From sequence record NC_094493.1: 64,000 nucleotides of DNA; one strand, 5' to 3'. Made by a program: the position numbers and the translations under genes. Every line of letters starts with the position of its first letter. Within the stretch, counting starts at the first letter, position 1. Shown here piece after piece: positions 44,377 to 54,475 of the stretch. This stretch comes from a phage. Below the pieces are notes generated by a model. The model did not search any database. It saw only the letters and a list, made by a program, of their open reading frames with translations, and had not been told where the DNA came from.

Positions 44377-45753
44377 ATGCCATATTTAGATAAAGTGGTA
44401 GATGTTACAGTTAACCTCGGAACCCAGCCTATTGACACTGTAGGTTTCGAAACTCCCCTGTTCATCGCTATCCACAATAACTTTACTGAGCGAGCTCGCG
44501 TATATGCGGAGCTGGATCAGATGGTGGAAGATGGTTTCGCACAAGGCTCTGCAGCGTATGAGTTTGCAGCAAAAGCTTTTGGTGGTGTATTCCCTCCACA
44601 ATACGTTATGATCGGCAGACAGGCCAAAGAAAAGACCACTGTAGATTTTAAAGGTATTGCTGCCGCAGCTGATACCGATGTTGTAATGACTATTGCAAAA
44701 GGTGACTACAATACTGCCTTGATAGTCCCTATCTCTGGTGGAACAGGGGCAACTCAGATCGCAGAGGCAATGAAGGAAAAAATTGAGGCTGATGATAGCT
44801 TAGACGGTATCACCGTGCAGGCCGAAGAAGGTGTTATCACCATCACTGGTGATTGTACTGTTGGTTATCATACTGGTAACTATACGATCAAAAACATTGC
44901 TAATAGTGAAAAACCTTCTACCGTGATCGACAAGATCAACGCTGAGCAGGATAATTGGTACTTCCTGTGTCATGAAGACCACACGGACATTGAAGCGTGT
45001 GCTAAGTGGGCTCAGGCTAACTACAAACTGCATGTCTACTCTACTGCAGAAGATGTGACTGGTAAAGACAGCAATATTGCCACTAAACTGAAAGCTGCAA
45101 AATATGACAGTGTTGGTATGTACGACCCTCGCGCAGACAAAGACTTCCCAGAGGGCGGTATTATCGGTGCTATGGCATCCAACGATCCGTCATACGGCGA
45201 CAGCTTACACTTAAAACAGATGCCTGGTGTTCTTGCACCATCCCTGACCTTGACCCAGCGCATGGCGATTTGGGAGAACAACATTAACTTCTACAGAACA
45301 ATCAACGGTGTTGGTGCTTTCTGGGAAGGTAAGTGTGCTTCAGGTCAGTATGCAGACGCTATTCGTTTTGCACACTGGATCAAGTTCAGATCTGAAGAGT
45401 CCATGTTTGGGTACATGCATCGTCGCTCCAATATGGGTTTAAGCATGAAGATGTCTGATGATGATCTTCCGGTTATCAAGTCTGTCCTGATGAACAACCC
45501 AATCAACACTGGCATTAAGAATGGTGCGATCCTGACAGGTTTCGACGAAGACAATAATGTGTTCTACGACCCGATCATCACAGTTCCTAAACGTGCAGAA
45601 ATCCCAACCAATCAGTTGGCTGCTCGTGTTCTGGAAGGTGTGAAAGTAGAACTGGTGTATAATAACGCCCTGCACTTCGTTCGTATCCGGATCAACGTCC
45701 TTCTGGACAAAGTTGGTTCTAAATCCACCAATGCTGTTGCAATGACTGAATAA
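44377..45753 (+). CDS. tail sheath protein (putative)
   Basis: 458 aa, host-optimal codons; followed by 157-aa tube-sized ORF, then chaperone pair and tape measure. Confidence 0.5.
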   Translation: MPYLDKVVDVTVNLGTQPIDTVGFETPLFIAIHNNFTERARVYAELDQMVEDGFAQGSAAYEFAAKAFGGVFPPQYVMIGRQAKEKTTVDFKGIAAAADTDVVMTIAKGDYNTALIVPISGGTGATQIAEAMKEKIEADDSLDGITVQAEEGVITITGDCTVGYHTGNYTIKNIANSEKPSTVIDKINAEQDNWYFLCHEDHTDIEACAKWAQANYKLHVYSTAEDVTGKDSNIATKLKAAKYDSVGMYDPRADKDFPEGGIIGAMASNDPSYGDSLHLKQMPGVLAPSLTLTQRMAIWENNINFYRTINGVGAFWEGKCASGQYADAIRFAHWIKFRSEESMFGYMHRRSNMGLSMKMSDDDLPVIKSVLMNNPINTGIKNGAILTGFDEDNNVFYDPIITVPKRAEIPTNQLAARVLEGVKVELVYNNALHFVRIRINVLLDKVGSKSTNAVAMTE

Positions 45754-45763
45754 GGAAGCCTAG

Positions 45764-46237
45764 ATGGAAACTCAAATTTTAACTCCTTATGCGTATGACC
45801 CTAAAAAGGTCAAACTGTATCTGATGCAGCAGCGTGTCACTGGCTTCGCTGCTGACACCAAGATTGTTGTTTCAAGAAACGAAGACAACATTTATCCTCA
45901 CGTCGGTGTGGATGGTGAAATGTCTGCAGCTCTGTCCCGTAACCAATCTGGTGTTATGACTGTGTCTTTGCAGAACACTTCTGTATGGAACGCTTACCTT
46001 TCTGACTGGCAGAAACAGGCATCTATTACTGGCCTGGTATTCTTCCCGGTTCTGCTGGAAGGTAGCCAGGGCCCTGGTATTTCCACAATCGGTTGGATCC
46101 AGAAACAGCCTGACCTGACTTACGGAACCGAAGTAGGTCAACTGGACTGGGATATCGGTATTTTGGATGCATGGCTCAACCGTGATAACATTACTGGTGC
46201 TCTCACTGGCCTCGCAGGTCTTGCAGGTATTATCTAA
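45764..46237 (+). CDS. tail tube protein (putative)
   Basis: 157 aa directly after sheath candidate; ends at terminator. Confidence 0.5.
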   Translation: METQILTPYAYDPKKVKLYLMQQRVTGFAADTKIVVSRNEDNIYPHVGVDGEMSAALSRNQSGVMTVSLQNTSVWNAYLSDWQKQASITGLVFFPVLLEGSQGPGISTIGWIQKQPDLTYGTEVGQLDWDIGILDAWLNRDNITGALTGLAGLAGII

Positions 46238-46254
46238 GGGCACGCTTTAGCATA

Positions 46255-46280
46255 AGCCTCACCTTCGGGTGGGGCTTTTT
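46255..46280 (+). terminator. rho-independent terminator
   Basis: agcctcacc-ttcg-ggtggggct followed by TTTT. Confidence 0.65.
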
Positions 46281-46292
46281 GCTTTTATGGTT

Positions 46293-46321
46293 TTGACATG
46301 TGTGTTTGTTTTTGGTATCAT
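46293..46321 (+). promoter_or_regulatory. sigma70-type promoter
   Basis: TTGACA-17nt-TATCAT upstream of 46351. Confidence 0.5.
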
Positions 46322-46350
46322 AGGTTGTAGGAAAAGTAAAGGAGATAATC

Positions 46351-48201
46351 GTGGCTAGAAAACTAAGATCAAGCACAGAGGAGTTCATTGCTAAGGCTAG
46401 GGAAGTTCATGGGGATAAGTATTCTTACGAAAAAACTGTGTACACAGGTTGTACAAAACCTCTGATTGTAACGTGCAGCTTGCACGGTGACTTCAAAATA
46501 ACTCCGCACAAACACATCTCTGGTAAGCAAGGTTGCCCGGAGTGTGGTAAGCTGGTTCGGGCAGCGAAAAAGAATAAGGGCGCTCTGTTTGTAGAAAGAG
46601 CTAAAGCTATCCACGGGGATAAATACGACTACTCCCTTGTGAATTACAAAACTTGCAAAGATCCTGTGGAAATCATCTGTAATAAATGTGGTAAACATTT
46701 TCTGCAAACTCCTGACAACCACATTAACACCAAAAAAGGTTGCCCCGTTTGTGGTAAGGAGAGGTCAAAAGAGAAATTGGTGGCTAGAGGAAAAGAACGT
46801 AGAGGAAAACCGAATCTTAGGCACAGATCTTCAACAGAAGAGTTTTTAAAGAAAGTTTTCAATAAATTCCCTCAGAACAGGGATTTGTTTGATTACTCAC
46901 ACGTTAAGTATACAACTTGTGAGGAAAAAGTAGAGATTCATTGTAAGGTTTGTGGGTACGTTATGCATCAAAAACCTTCAGACCATCTACAAGGGAAAGG
47001 GTGTAAGCGCTGTGCTGGAATGGCTACTTCTGCGAAAAAAGTGCCAAGTTTTCAAGAGGTGGCAGAAAGAGCCAAAGCTGTACATGGCGACAAATACGAA
47101 TATTTTGAAGATTCTTATGTGAATGCCTCAACACCTATGAAAATACGTCACAAAGAGTGTGGTAACATCTTCATGCAGCGTCCGGAGTTCCATTATGGTA
47201 AAGGCCAGGGTTGTCCTCGTTGTTGCCATAATCAGTCAACTGGCGAGAAAGATGTGCTGTCATTCATTAAAGGTATATATAGTGGTGTTGTTGAAGAGAA
47301 TGCGTGGGTTTTGGAAAACTTCAAATATCCGTCTAAGAAAAAGATGGAATTGGATATTTACCTCCCAGAGTTAAAGCTTGCTGTAGAATACAATGGTGTC
47401 TTCTGGCACTCAGTTGATCGTAAAGGGAAAGGATATCATATCCAGAAGAGAAAGGCTTGTGAGCAACAAGGAATTCGCATGCTATCTATTTGGGAATGTG
47501 ACTGGCATGATTCTCGTAAAAGGCCTATCATTGAGAGATATCTTAAAAACGCTCTTGGTGTTAAAGATGAGAAGACAGTGTATGCAAGGAAGTGCACGAT
47601 AAAAGATGTGGACAATAAAACTTACCGAGATTTTATGGATAAGAACCACATTCAAGGGTATGCAACTGCTAAAGAAGTGAAGAAGGGACTTTTTACAGCC
47701 GACGGTGAACTGGTAGCCTGTATGAGTTTTAAAATACTGAAAAACAAGGATCAAAAGGTAACACCTTTCGTCATGTGGGACATGGTAAGATATGCCACAA
47801 GCTGTAACGTTCCTGGTGGACGTAGCAAGCTGTTTAAACATATCCAAAAGGAGTTTAAGATGGATCATGTTCAATCTTTTCTTGATAGAGACTACTTTAC
47901 GGGCGTGTCCTATAAAGAGGAAGATGGATGGGTTCTGGCAGAGGACGATCAGGTGTCTATCAGTTTCTGGAGTTACCGAGGGGGTAGGATGTCAAGGCAA
48001 GCGTGGTGGAAGTCTAACATTCCAGAAACATTGAAACGTCTTGGGTTGGACGAATCCTTGTATGATCCGGAGAAAACACAAGAGTGGAATGCCAAAAATG
48101 CAGGATGTCACATTTTGGAGAACAGTGGTAACTCTCGCTTCGAGTGGCACAGCGAGGAAGGTAAAAATGACCCTGTGTATTTAAACTGGTTGAAAGGTTA
48201 A
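46351..48201 (+). CDS. free-standing homing-endonuclease-like protein: four zinc-ribbon repeats plus Vsr/PD-(D/E)xK-like nuclease domain
   Basis: 616 aa, GTG after AAGGAG; four repeats of about 60 aa (HGDKY-Y...C..C..HG.F...P..H..GKGCP.CG); later ELDIYLPELKLAVEYNGVFWHS. Confidence 0.5.
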   Translation: MARKLRSSTEEFIAKAREVHGDKYSYEKTVYTGCTKPLIVTCSLHGDFKITPHKHISGKQGCPECGKLVRAAKKNKGALFVERAKAIHGDKYDYSLVNYKTCKDPVEIICNKCGKHFLQTPDNHINTKKGCPVCGKERSKEKLVARGKERRGKPNLRHRSSTEEFLKKVFNKFPQNRDLFDYSHVKYTTCEEKVEIHCKVCGYVMHQKPSDHLQGKGCKRCAGMATSAKKVPSFQEVAERAKAVHGDKYEYFEDSYVNASTPMKIRHKECGNIFMQRPEFHYGKGQGCPRCCHNQSTGEKDVLSFIKGIYSGVVEENAWVLENFKYPSKKKMELDIYLPELKLAVEYNGVFWHSVDRKGKGYHIQKRKACEQQGIRMLSIWECDWHDSRKRPIIERYLKNALGVKDEKTVYARKCTIKDVDNKTYRDFMDKNHIQGYATAKEVKKGLFTADGELVACMSFKILKNKDQKVTPFVMWDMVRYATSCNVPGGRSKLFKHIQKEFKMDHVQSFLDRDYFTGVSYKEEDGWVLAEDDQVSISFWSYRGGRMSRQAWWKSNIPETLKRLGLDESLYDPEKTQEWNAKNAGCHILENSGNSRFEWHSEEGKNDPVYLNWLKG

Positions 48202-48202
48202 A

Positions 48203-48231
48203 TTGACAATGCACCATAATCATGGTAAAAT
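48203..48231 (+). promoter_or_regulatory. sigma70 consensus promoter
   Basis: TTGACA-17nt-TAAAAT upstream of chaperone gene. Confidence 0.55.
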
Positions 48232-48274
48232 ACACAAATATGGTGCACAACATGACTAATAAGGATGCTATAAA

Positions 48275-48748
48275 ATGGCTATAAACTTTAGACCTACAAC
48301 AGAGATTGATTTAGCAGGGCACAACTTTGTGATCACCCACTGGGGACCGATGAAAGCAATGAAAAACATGCCTAAAATCGGTAAGATTGTGGCTGTCCCG
48401 CTAGGTGCTATCGGTGGATCTATTATCTCTGGTGGTCAGAATATGGCAGAGGTCCTTCCTACTGCTCTGGCTTACCTGTTCCAAGAACTTGATGATAATT
48501 CTATTGAAGAGTTATTTAAAATCTTGTTCGAAGATATTACCGTAGATGGTGTGGATAAGCTTAACCCGGATGTTGTGTTTGCAGGGCATCTGCTGGAGAT
48601 GATTAAGCTGGCAGGTAAGGTTCTGGAGGTTAACTACGGCTGTTTTTTCACACAAGACGGTTTAGGAAGCCTTCTGGAGATGTTACAGCAGATGGGTATG
48701 ATTCAGCAGGTGAACAACCTGGATCAGACTCCGGAAGAGCAGGAATAA
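48275..48748 (+). CDS. tail assembly chaperone (G-like)
   Basis: 157 aa directly upstream of tape measure; contains slippery heptamer T_TTT_TTC at 48643-48649. Confidence 0.55.
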   Translation: MAINFRPTTEIDLAGHNFVITHWGPMKAMKNMPKIGKIVAVPLGAIGGSIISGGQNMAEVLPTALAYLFQELDDNSIEELFKILFEDITVDGVDKLNPDVVFAGHLLEMIKLAGKVLEVNYGCFFTQDGLGSLLEMLQQMGMIQQVNNLDQTPEEQE

Positions 48749-49008
48749 GTAAGGTTGTTGTGAGGGCCAGTGAGTGGGCAGCCAAGAACAGTTCACTCAA
48801 CTGGTTCGACTTTCTTTGGTGCAGGGTGCTCAAGAATTTCAAAGGGGAAAATTTTGAATCGCTAAATCTTGCAGATATGGCGTATTTCCTGAAGCTCTGT
48901 GAGTATCTTGATATCGAAGAATTCCTAGATACCGTCCAAAACAGGGAAATGGAGCGGGAGCAGAAGGCTGCCGCAGCTGCTGCGAAAGCTAAGCGCAGGA
49001 GAGGATAA
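48643..49008 (+). CDS. -1 frameshift extension of tail assembly chaperone (GT-like product, C-terminal part)
   Basis: -1 frame is open from slippery site TTTTTTC (48643) to stop at 49008; track ORF 48760..49008 is its distal part. Confidence 0.45.
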   Translation, partial: FFHTRRFRKPSGDVTADGYDSAGEQPGSDSGRAGISKVVVRASEWAAKNSSLNWFDFLWCRVLKNFKGENFESLNLADMAYFLKLCEYLDIEEFLDTVQNREMEREQKAAAAAAKAKRRRG

Positions 49009-49012
49009 TCTA

Positions 49013-49048
49013 AGGGCCGGATTCCTTTTCTGGGATCTGGCCCTTTTT
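49013..49048 (+). terminator. terminator-like hairpin
   Basis: agggccggat...atctggccct imperfect stem followed by TTTTT. Confidence 0.45.
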
Positions 49049-49062
49049 ATTATGAGGAAACC

Positions 49063-51399
49063 ATGGCTACAAACAAAATAGTTGCCACAACAGTCAACAA
49101 GATTGGCTTTGAGATAGAGAACTCCTCCTACAAAAAAGCTGTAGAGAAAATTCGCAGTATTGGGAGGGAGTTCAGGAAACTGGGCGAGGATTTTAACTCA
49201 GCCAACCCCATGAGTAGATGGCAGGCGGTAGCTGTTAAAACCCAGCAGACAATGCAGAGGGTTGCCAGACAGCAATCTCAGGCAAATGCTAAACTGCACA
49301 GAGAGAGCATAGCACAGGCCAAGAAAGAGGCTGCAGTAAGGGCTGCAATAGAACGTAGGGAGAATGCGAGACGTAAACAAGCTGTAGGTAATCTTACCGC
49401 TAAAAATCCAGAAATGGCTAGGATGCGTAAGTTCTACCAGCAGCAAGCTAAAGAGGCCAAAAAGGCTGCCAAATCTGCACCAGTGTCTTACGGTGGTTAT
49501 AAGGCACCTAAGGCAAGAGTTTTGGCTAATGCCAAATCTTTCAAATATATCCCCGGTAACCCTAATATGGGTGGTGTGGCTTCCGACCCTAACCTTGTGA
49601 AAGCTCAGACAGCCGCTATGAATCGTTATCATAGACAGCTAAGAAGAGACAGTAAAGCTGGTATGGATAATAAGCTTATGTCGGATCGTGAGGCAAGGAG
49701 AACCCACCTCTACAACTCCGCGATAAGACTTTCTGCCAAGTATGGGGCCGGATTCCGTGGAAGCTTGCCAGGATACTCAGAGTTAGAGTCCAGGTTTGCT
49801 CGCGGGGAGATGAAGAAGTCAACCTTTAACGCCCACCTGTCAGCGCTGCAGTCTGGGTTTAAAAGCGCCACCAGCCAAACGCTTACACTAGGTGATGCCA
49901 TGAGAGACCTACGTAGATCTGTTATTAATGCAACAGCTGCGTATACGGCTTTTTCTGGATTTGCTGCGGTTAACAGATCCGGTCACATGATGGAGGGGGC
50001 AAGTGCTGCTCTTACTGCTGTTACTGGAGATCCAAACAAAGCCAACAGTGAGGTTGCGTTTGTCCAGCAAGAGGCTATGCGTCTTGGTTTTGATCTCAAA
50101 TCTGGTCTTCAAGGTTACGCCCAGATGTCGGTAAACGCCAAAAACCAGATGACAAATCAGGAAGTGCATGAGCTGTTTTCTGCATACTCACAGTATGCTG
50201 CTGCTTATGGTGCCGATGAGGTAAAATACCAGCGCGGTATTATGGCTATCCAACAGATGCTAGGCAAGGGACAAGTAATGTCCGAAGAACTGAAGCAACA
50301 ACTTGCTGAAGCATTGCCCGGTGCATACGAACCTTTTATCAAGGCCACCAAAGAGGCTTTTGGTCTTTCTGAACTCTCCATGGATCAGTTCATGGACATG
50401 ATGAAGAAAGGTGAGGTTAAAACAGCCAAGATCATGAAGTATGTGGCTAAGTACATGAACGAGGCATCTGCAGCTGGTTATGAAAGAATGCAGAAGTCTA
50501 ACGTGCTGGCAGAAAACAGACTGAAAACCTTTATCGAACTGACTCGTCAGAAACTGTTCACCCGTTGGTCTGACGAACTAACAGAGTTCTATTATACACT
50601 GATCCGCACTGGTGAGACTCTGCAATTTATGTGGGATGCCTCTGGTGATTTTGTTAGCGGGTTTGTGAGAGGCCTTAACTGGGTAGTTGGTGAACTGAAC
50701 AACACTATAGTCAAGATCCGCATGTTTTTCCTTGAATGGGGGATTAAATGGGGGTTCATAACAGCTAAGACGAAGGAATATTCTGAAGAGCTTCATGACA
50801 CCTTTAGCTATGCTAAATGGGCAGGGTTTGCTGCTGCCATCATGCTGGTCGTCAACGCCCTAACAAAAGGTTTTGTCATGGCATCTATGCTTGTAAAAAC
50901 CTTTAAATTCCTTAGCTCTCTAAGGGGTGCAGCTGGAGTAGCAGGTGCCGCTACTACAGAAGGATCTGGTGGTGGCGCTCCGGCAGGAAAAGGGGGAGGT
51001 GGCCTCAAGACACCTGGTGGCAAAGTTGGTCTGCTCGGTAAGCTAGGTATTATCGGTACAATACTAAGCGCCGGGGAATTATTTAATGACCGTTACAACC
51101 CACTAAGTGAAAGAAATCAGCAGCTGGATACTATCAGCGATATGATTCGCAAAGATATCATATCGGGAGGTAACGGGTTTGTTAATCCTTTGGACACCTT
51201 ACCGGGCGGGACTCTTCCGTTGCCGGGTGGCCCTGGTTTTGCTTCTCAATTAAGAACTATGGAAATGCTACCTTTAGAGATCAGTGATGGGAAAATCACG
51301 ATTTCAATAGATGAGGGTGAGTTTAACAAAATATTTGATGCAAAACTTGAGTGGGAGAACAATAAAGATATCAACTTCATGTCTACCGACCTTTGGTAA
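49063..51399 (+). CDS. tail tape measure protein
   Basis: 778 aa, longest ORF after chaperone pair; Ala/Gln/Lys-rich helical N-half, Gly-rich tract GGGAPAGKGGGGLKTPGGKVG. Confidence 0.8.
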   Translation: MATNKIVATTVNKIGFEIENSSYKKAVEKIRSIGREFRKLGEDFNSANPMSRWQAVAVKTQQTMQRVARQQSQANAKLHRESIAQAKKEAAVRAAIERRENARRKQAVGNLTAKNPEMARMRKFYQQQAKEAKKAAKSAPVSYGGYKAPKARVLANAKSFKYIPGNPNMGGVASDPNLVKAQTAAMNRYHRQLRRDSKAGMDNKLMSDREARRTHLYNSAIRLSAKYGAGFRGSLPGYSELESRFARGEMKKSTFNAHLSALQSGFKSATSQTLTLGDAMRDLRRSVINATAAYTAFSGFAAVNRSGHMMEGASAALTAVTGDPNKANSEVAFVQQEAMRLGFDLKSGLQGYAQMSVNAKNQMTNQEVHELFSAYSQYAAAYGADEVKYQRGIMAIQQMLGKGQVMSEELKQQLAEALPGAYEPFIKATKEAFGLSELSMDQFMDMMKKGEVKTAKIMKYVAKYMNEASAAGYERMQKSNVLAENRLKTFIELTRQKLFTRWSDELTEFYYTLIRTGETLQFMWDASGDFVSGFVRGLNWVVGELNNTIVKIRMFFLEWGIKWGFITAKTKEYSEELHDTFSYAKWAGFAAAIMLVVNALTKGFVMASMLVKTFKFLSSLRGAAGVAGAATTEGSGGGAPAGKGGGGLKTPGGKVGLLGKLGIIGTILSAGELFNDRYNPLSERNQQLDTISDMIRKDIISGGNGFVNPLDTLPGGTLPLPGGPGFASQLRTMEMLPLEISDGKITISIDEGEFNKIFDAKLEWENNKDINFMSTDLW

Positions 51400-51410
51400 T
51401 AAACTGTGCA

Positions 51411-51436
51411 GGGGGGCTCCGGCCCCCTTTATTTTA
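51411..51436 (+). terminator. rho-independent terminator
   Basis: gggggc-tccg-gccccc followed by TTTATTTT. Confidence 0.6.
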
Positions 51437-51442
51437 TCGGTG

Positions 51443-51471
51443 TTGTAAAAACGGCTATTTTATGATACAAT
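51443..51471 (+). promoter_or_regulatory. sigma70-type promoter
   Basis: TTGTAA-17nt-TACAAT upstream of 51505. Confidence 0.45.
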
Positions 51472-51504
51472 ATCTAGATGGTATCGGAGTGTCCTGGAGA
51501 GGTT

Positions 51505-52389
51505 ATGCCAAGCAATATAGTTGATGAAAAAGACCTGTACAAGCCTCAAGAGGTTAAATCTCCAAAGGCTGAAAAGGCAGAACAGCAAACTGAAAGCGAT
51601 GTAAAGTACACTATGTTTGTCAGCGGTCTTAACTATGGTGGTCGCAATACGGAGATGAAGGGTAAAAACTTTACTAACGATCTTGCCATCATCTTCGATC
51701 AGGTTGAGAATTACTCTTTCAAACATTCTGTTGATAAGACTGGGTTTGCGGTGGAAGATAAATCTACCCTGTCAGACCACGCTGTAATTAAAGATGGTGT
51801 ATTTTCTTTTACTGGTAGGGTAAATACATCACCACATATAATCTATGAGCAAAACTACATTGACAGGAATACTGACTCTAAAAACCCTGCAGCGTCTATG
51901 CGACCAGGCGCTGCACTGGAGGCTTTGACTGAGATCATTAATAAGCGCCAGTTGGTTTCTTTGGTTACCGAGGAGAGACTCCTTGAGAACTACATCATAA
52001 CCAGCCTTTCTGCCAACAAGTCTGTTGGTGAAGGTGCTGCGATGGTGTTTGATGTAGAACTTACAGAGTTCCGCACATTCTACTTGAACAAGGTTGTTAA
52101 TGCAACTGTATACAGCAACCCTAAGAAAGTAGGCAAGACCCAGCAAAAAGGTGCTGTCAACGACTGTAAGAATGGCAGTAACGTAGGTAACAAGAGGGAC
52201 ACAGGGGCATTTGCAGACACTGCATCCACAAATGCCGCAGAAGAGTGGCAGCCCTACAAATCTATGATGTGGACGGATGAAAACGGTGTTACTCAATCTG
52301 CTGCGGATTGGTATTATCAGGAATATGGAAGACCTTCTACCATAGTCCCATCTGAGCAGGGAAACTACAACAAAGTTAACGGAAAATAA
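51505..52389 (+). CDS. hypothetical tail/baseplate protein
   Basis: 294 aa from ATG with GGAGAGG RBS; first gene after tape measure. Confidence 0.35.
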   Translation: MPSNIVDEKDLYKPQEVKSPKAEKAEQQTESDVKYTMFVSGLNYGGRNTEMKGKNFTNDLAIIFDQVENYSFKHSVDKTGFAVEDKSTLSDHAVIKDGVFSFTGRVNTSPHIIYEQNYIDRNTDSKNPAASMRPGAALEALTEIINKRQLVSLVTEERLLENYIITSLSANKSVGEGAAMVFDVELTEFRTFYLNKVVNATVYSNPKKVGKTQQKGAVNDCKNGSNVGNKRDTGAFADTASTNAAEEWQPYKSMMWTDENGVTQSAADWYYQEYGRPSTIVPSEQGNYNKVNGK

Positions 52390-52401
52390 GGAGAGCGTGT
52401 A

Positions 52402-52782
52402 ATGGAACTTAAAGATTGGTGCATAATCACCTTTGTGTGGGACATTGACGGCTTTCCTGATCAAACCATGCGTGTTGTTTTAGACAATGAGACGTATGAA
52501 ATGCGTATGCAATGGAATGAGAGGGATGAGTCCTGGTGGTTATCTCTTGGTCCGGTAGGTGACAGCCCTTTAGTAACCAGAAAAGTAACAGCTTGTCAAG
52601 ATATTTTAGACGGACTGCATTACAGAGACGATTTACCGAAAGGTAGATTGATGGCGCTGTCGTTTAAAGACGATCAATATTGGGGCAGGGTTGGAAGATA
52701 TAACCTTGGGGCGAGATCTGAGCTACAACTTGTATACGGCACCCCGGTTGATCTTTACAAGGAACAGCAAGGGTTAGAATAA
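52402..52782 (+). CDS. hypothetical baseplate protein
   Basis: 126-aa ORF in tail module. Confidence 0.35.
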   Translation: MELKDWCIITFVWDIDGFPDQTMRVVLDNETYEMRMQWNERDESWWLSLGPVGDSPLVTRKVTACQDILDGLHYRDDLPKGRLMALSFKDDQYWGRVGRYNLGARSELQLVYGTPVDLYKEQQGLE

Positions 52783-53786
52783 TGGCAGAGTACAGACGTA
52801 GAACATGGCGATTATTGTTTGGTCGTCCTGTAGAACATGGCGGTAAATCAAAAACCAATATCCCAAAATCTGTTGAAAAGAAAGGGGAGAGTGATTCCGG
52901 AGTTTATGAAGTTAGCTCGGACACTGGTGCTGCCAATATAGAGTTTGACATACAAAAGGACAATACCAAAGAGCCAAACAAAGGTTATGTGACAGTTTAC
53001 AACCTGTCTGACGATACAGTTAACTATCTGGATATGCATCAGGCTGATGCCCTTGCAGTTATGTTTGAAGCTGGCTATGATAATGAGAACCAGTTGATAT
53101 TCTCCGGAACTGTGGAGTTTGTTGAAGACAGATGGGAAGGTCCGACCAGAAAAACTAAGTTCATCTTTGGAGATGGCACTGAGAACATCATTAAGTGCCA
53201 AAGCACAAGATCTTATCAGAAAGGCACACCTCTGAACTCTGTGCTTAATGACCTGCTGAAGGATATGAACTTGCCAAAAGGTAGGGTTGTTGGTTTTGGA
53301 AACCAGACTTTGCAATACTCTATGGCTTTCTCTGGAAACACTGCAGAGAACCTCCGCAGGTTTGCAAGGCTGACCAACTCAACATTTAGCGTTCAGGATG
53401 GGGCTTTGTATTGGACCAAGGTTGGAAAAAGGTTCAAAGACTCTGTGTTTGAAATAAGTGCAGAGTCTGGGATGCACGGATCTCCTACCCCTAAAAACCC
53501 AGAACCTGCTAAAAAACGAAAAGCTAAAGCTGCTGCCAAAGGTGGTTCGACATCTAAAAAGAAAAAGAAAAACCCGAGAGAGGATGTTGGCCTTACTGTA
53601 ACCACATGCCTTAACGGAGCTATCCTCCCAGAGTCCACTATTTATCTTAAAAGCAAGCAATATACAGGATTCTATAAGGTGATCACGGTGCATCATAAGG
53701 GCACCATAGAAGGAGGTGATTACACTACAGAGCTTGGCCTTGGGGAAACAGTGGGTGGAGTTGTTGACAAAACTGAGGAGGTATAA
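52782..53786 (+). CDS. hypothetical baseplate protein with Lys-rich segment
   Basis: 334 aa; KKRKAKAAAKGGSTSKKKKKNPRE; ATGA-coupled. Confidence 0.35.
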   Translation: MAEYRRRTWRLLFGRPVEHGGKSKTNIPKSVEKKGESDSGVYEVSSDTGAANIEFDIQKDNTKEPNKGYVTVYNLSDDTVNYLDMHQADALAVMFEAGYDNENQLIFSGTVEFVEDRWEGPTRKTKFIFGDGTENIIKCQSTRSYQKGTPLNSVLNDLLKDMNLPKGRVVGFGNQTLQYSMAFSGNTAENLRRFARLTNSTFSVQDGALYWTKVGKRFKDSVFEISAESGMHGSPTPKNPEPAKKRKAKAAAKGGSTSKKKKKNPREDVGLTVTTCLNGAILPESTIYLKSKQYTGFYKVITVHHKGTIEGGDYTTELGLGETVGGVVDKTEEV

Positions 53787-54463
53787 TGGCAATAAATAGG
53801 AAAGATGCTGCTGTAAGATCCTTTATAGAAAAAATAATGAGGGACTACCACACCAGTATCAGGGCCAGAGTTGTCAGTGTTGACTACAGTATACCTTCTG
53901 CAGCCGTGCAGCCAATAGCTGAAACTACGTTTGATGACGGAGATGTGGAGAGATACCCTCTTATCTATGACGTTCCAATTCAGGTGATGTCTGCAAACAG
54001 CGGAAAGGCAAGGTTAACACTTCCTATTAAGGCCGGAGATGTTGTAGGATTACAGTTTTCAGAGAGAAATGAAAACAATAACGACGATCAACAAACTCAC
54101 GGCCTGTTTCCCGGGTGGGCAATCACCTCTGTCCATTCAGACTCAAACGCTTTACAGATCGATCCTGATAACGTAGAGTTATGGAATGATAGGGTTTATT
54201 TTAAACTGACACCTTCTGGCGATTTTGAGCTTCAAACACCTGGTGGGACATTACGGTGCGACAGCAGCGGGGAGTTTTCTTTCACTAACGGGGCTGCCAA
54301 TTTGCGAGCTGCTGTGGATGGAAATATCAGAATGAATGGTGCCACAATAGACCCATCTGGTAGAATTATAACTGCTGCTGGTGTGGATTTGGATTCATTC
54401 TATGCAGAATATAAAGGTCATACCCACTCTTGCCCTGATGGCGAGACAAGTGGACCGCACTAA
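53786..54463 (+). CDS. baseplate central spike-like protein (putative)
   Basis: 225 aa; C-terminal GHTHSCPDG resembles HxH metal-binding spike tips. Confidence 0.4.
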   Translation: MAINRKDAAVRSFIEKIMRDYHTSIRARVVSVDYSIPSAAVQPIAETTFDDGDVERYPLIYDVPIQVMSANSGKARLTLPIKAGDVVGLQFSERNENNNDDQQTHGLFPGWAITSVHSDSNALQIDPDNVELWNDRVYFKLTPSGDFELQTPGGTLRCDSSGEFSFTNGAANLRAAVDGNIRMNGATIDPSGRIITAAGVDLDSFYAEYKGHTHSCPDGETSGPH

Positions 54464-54475
54464 TAGAGGGCTTTC

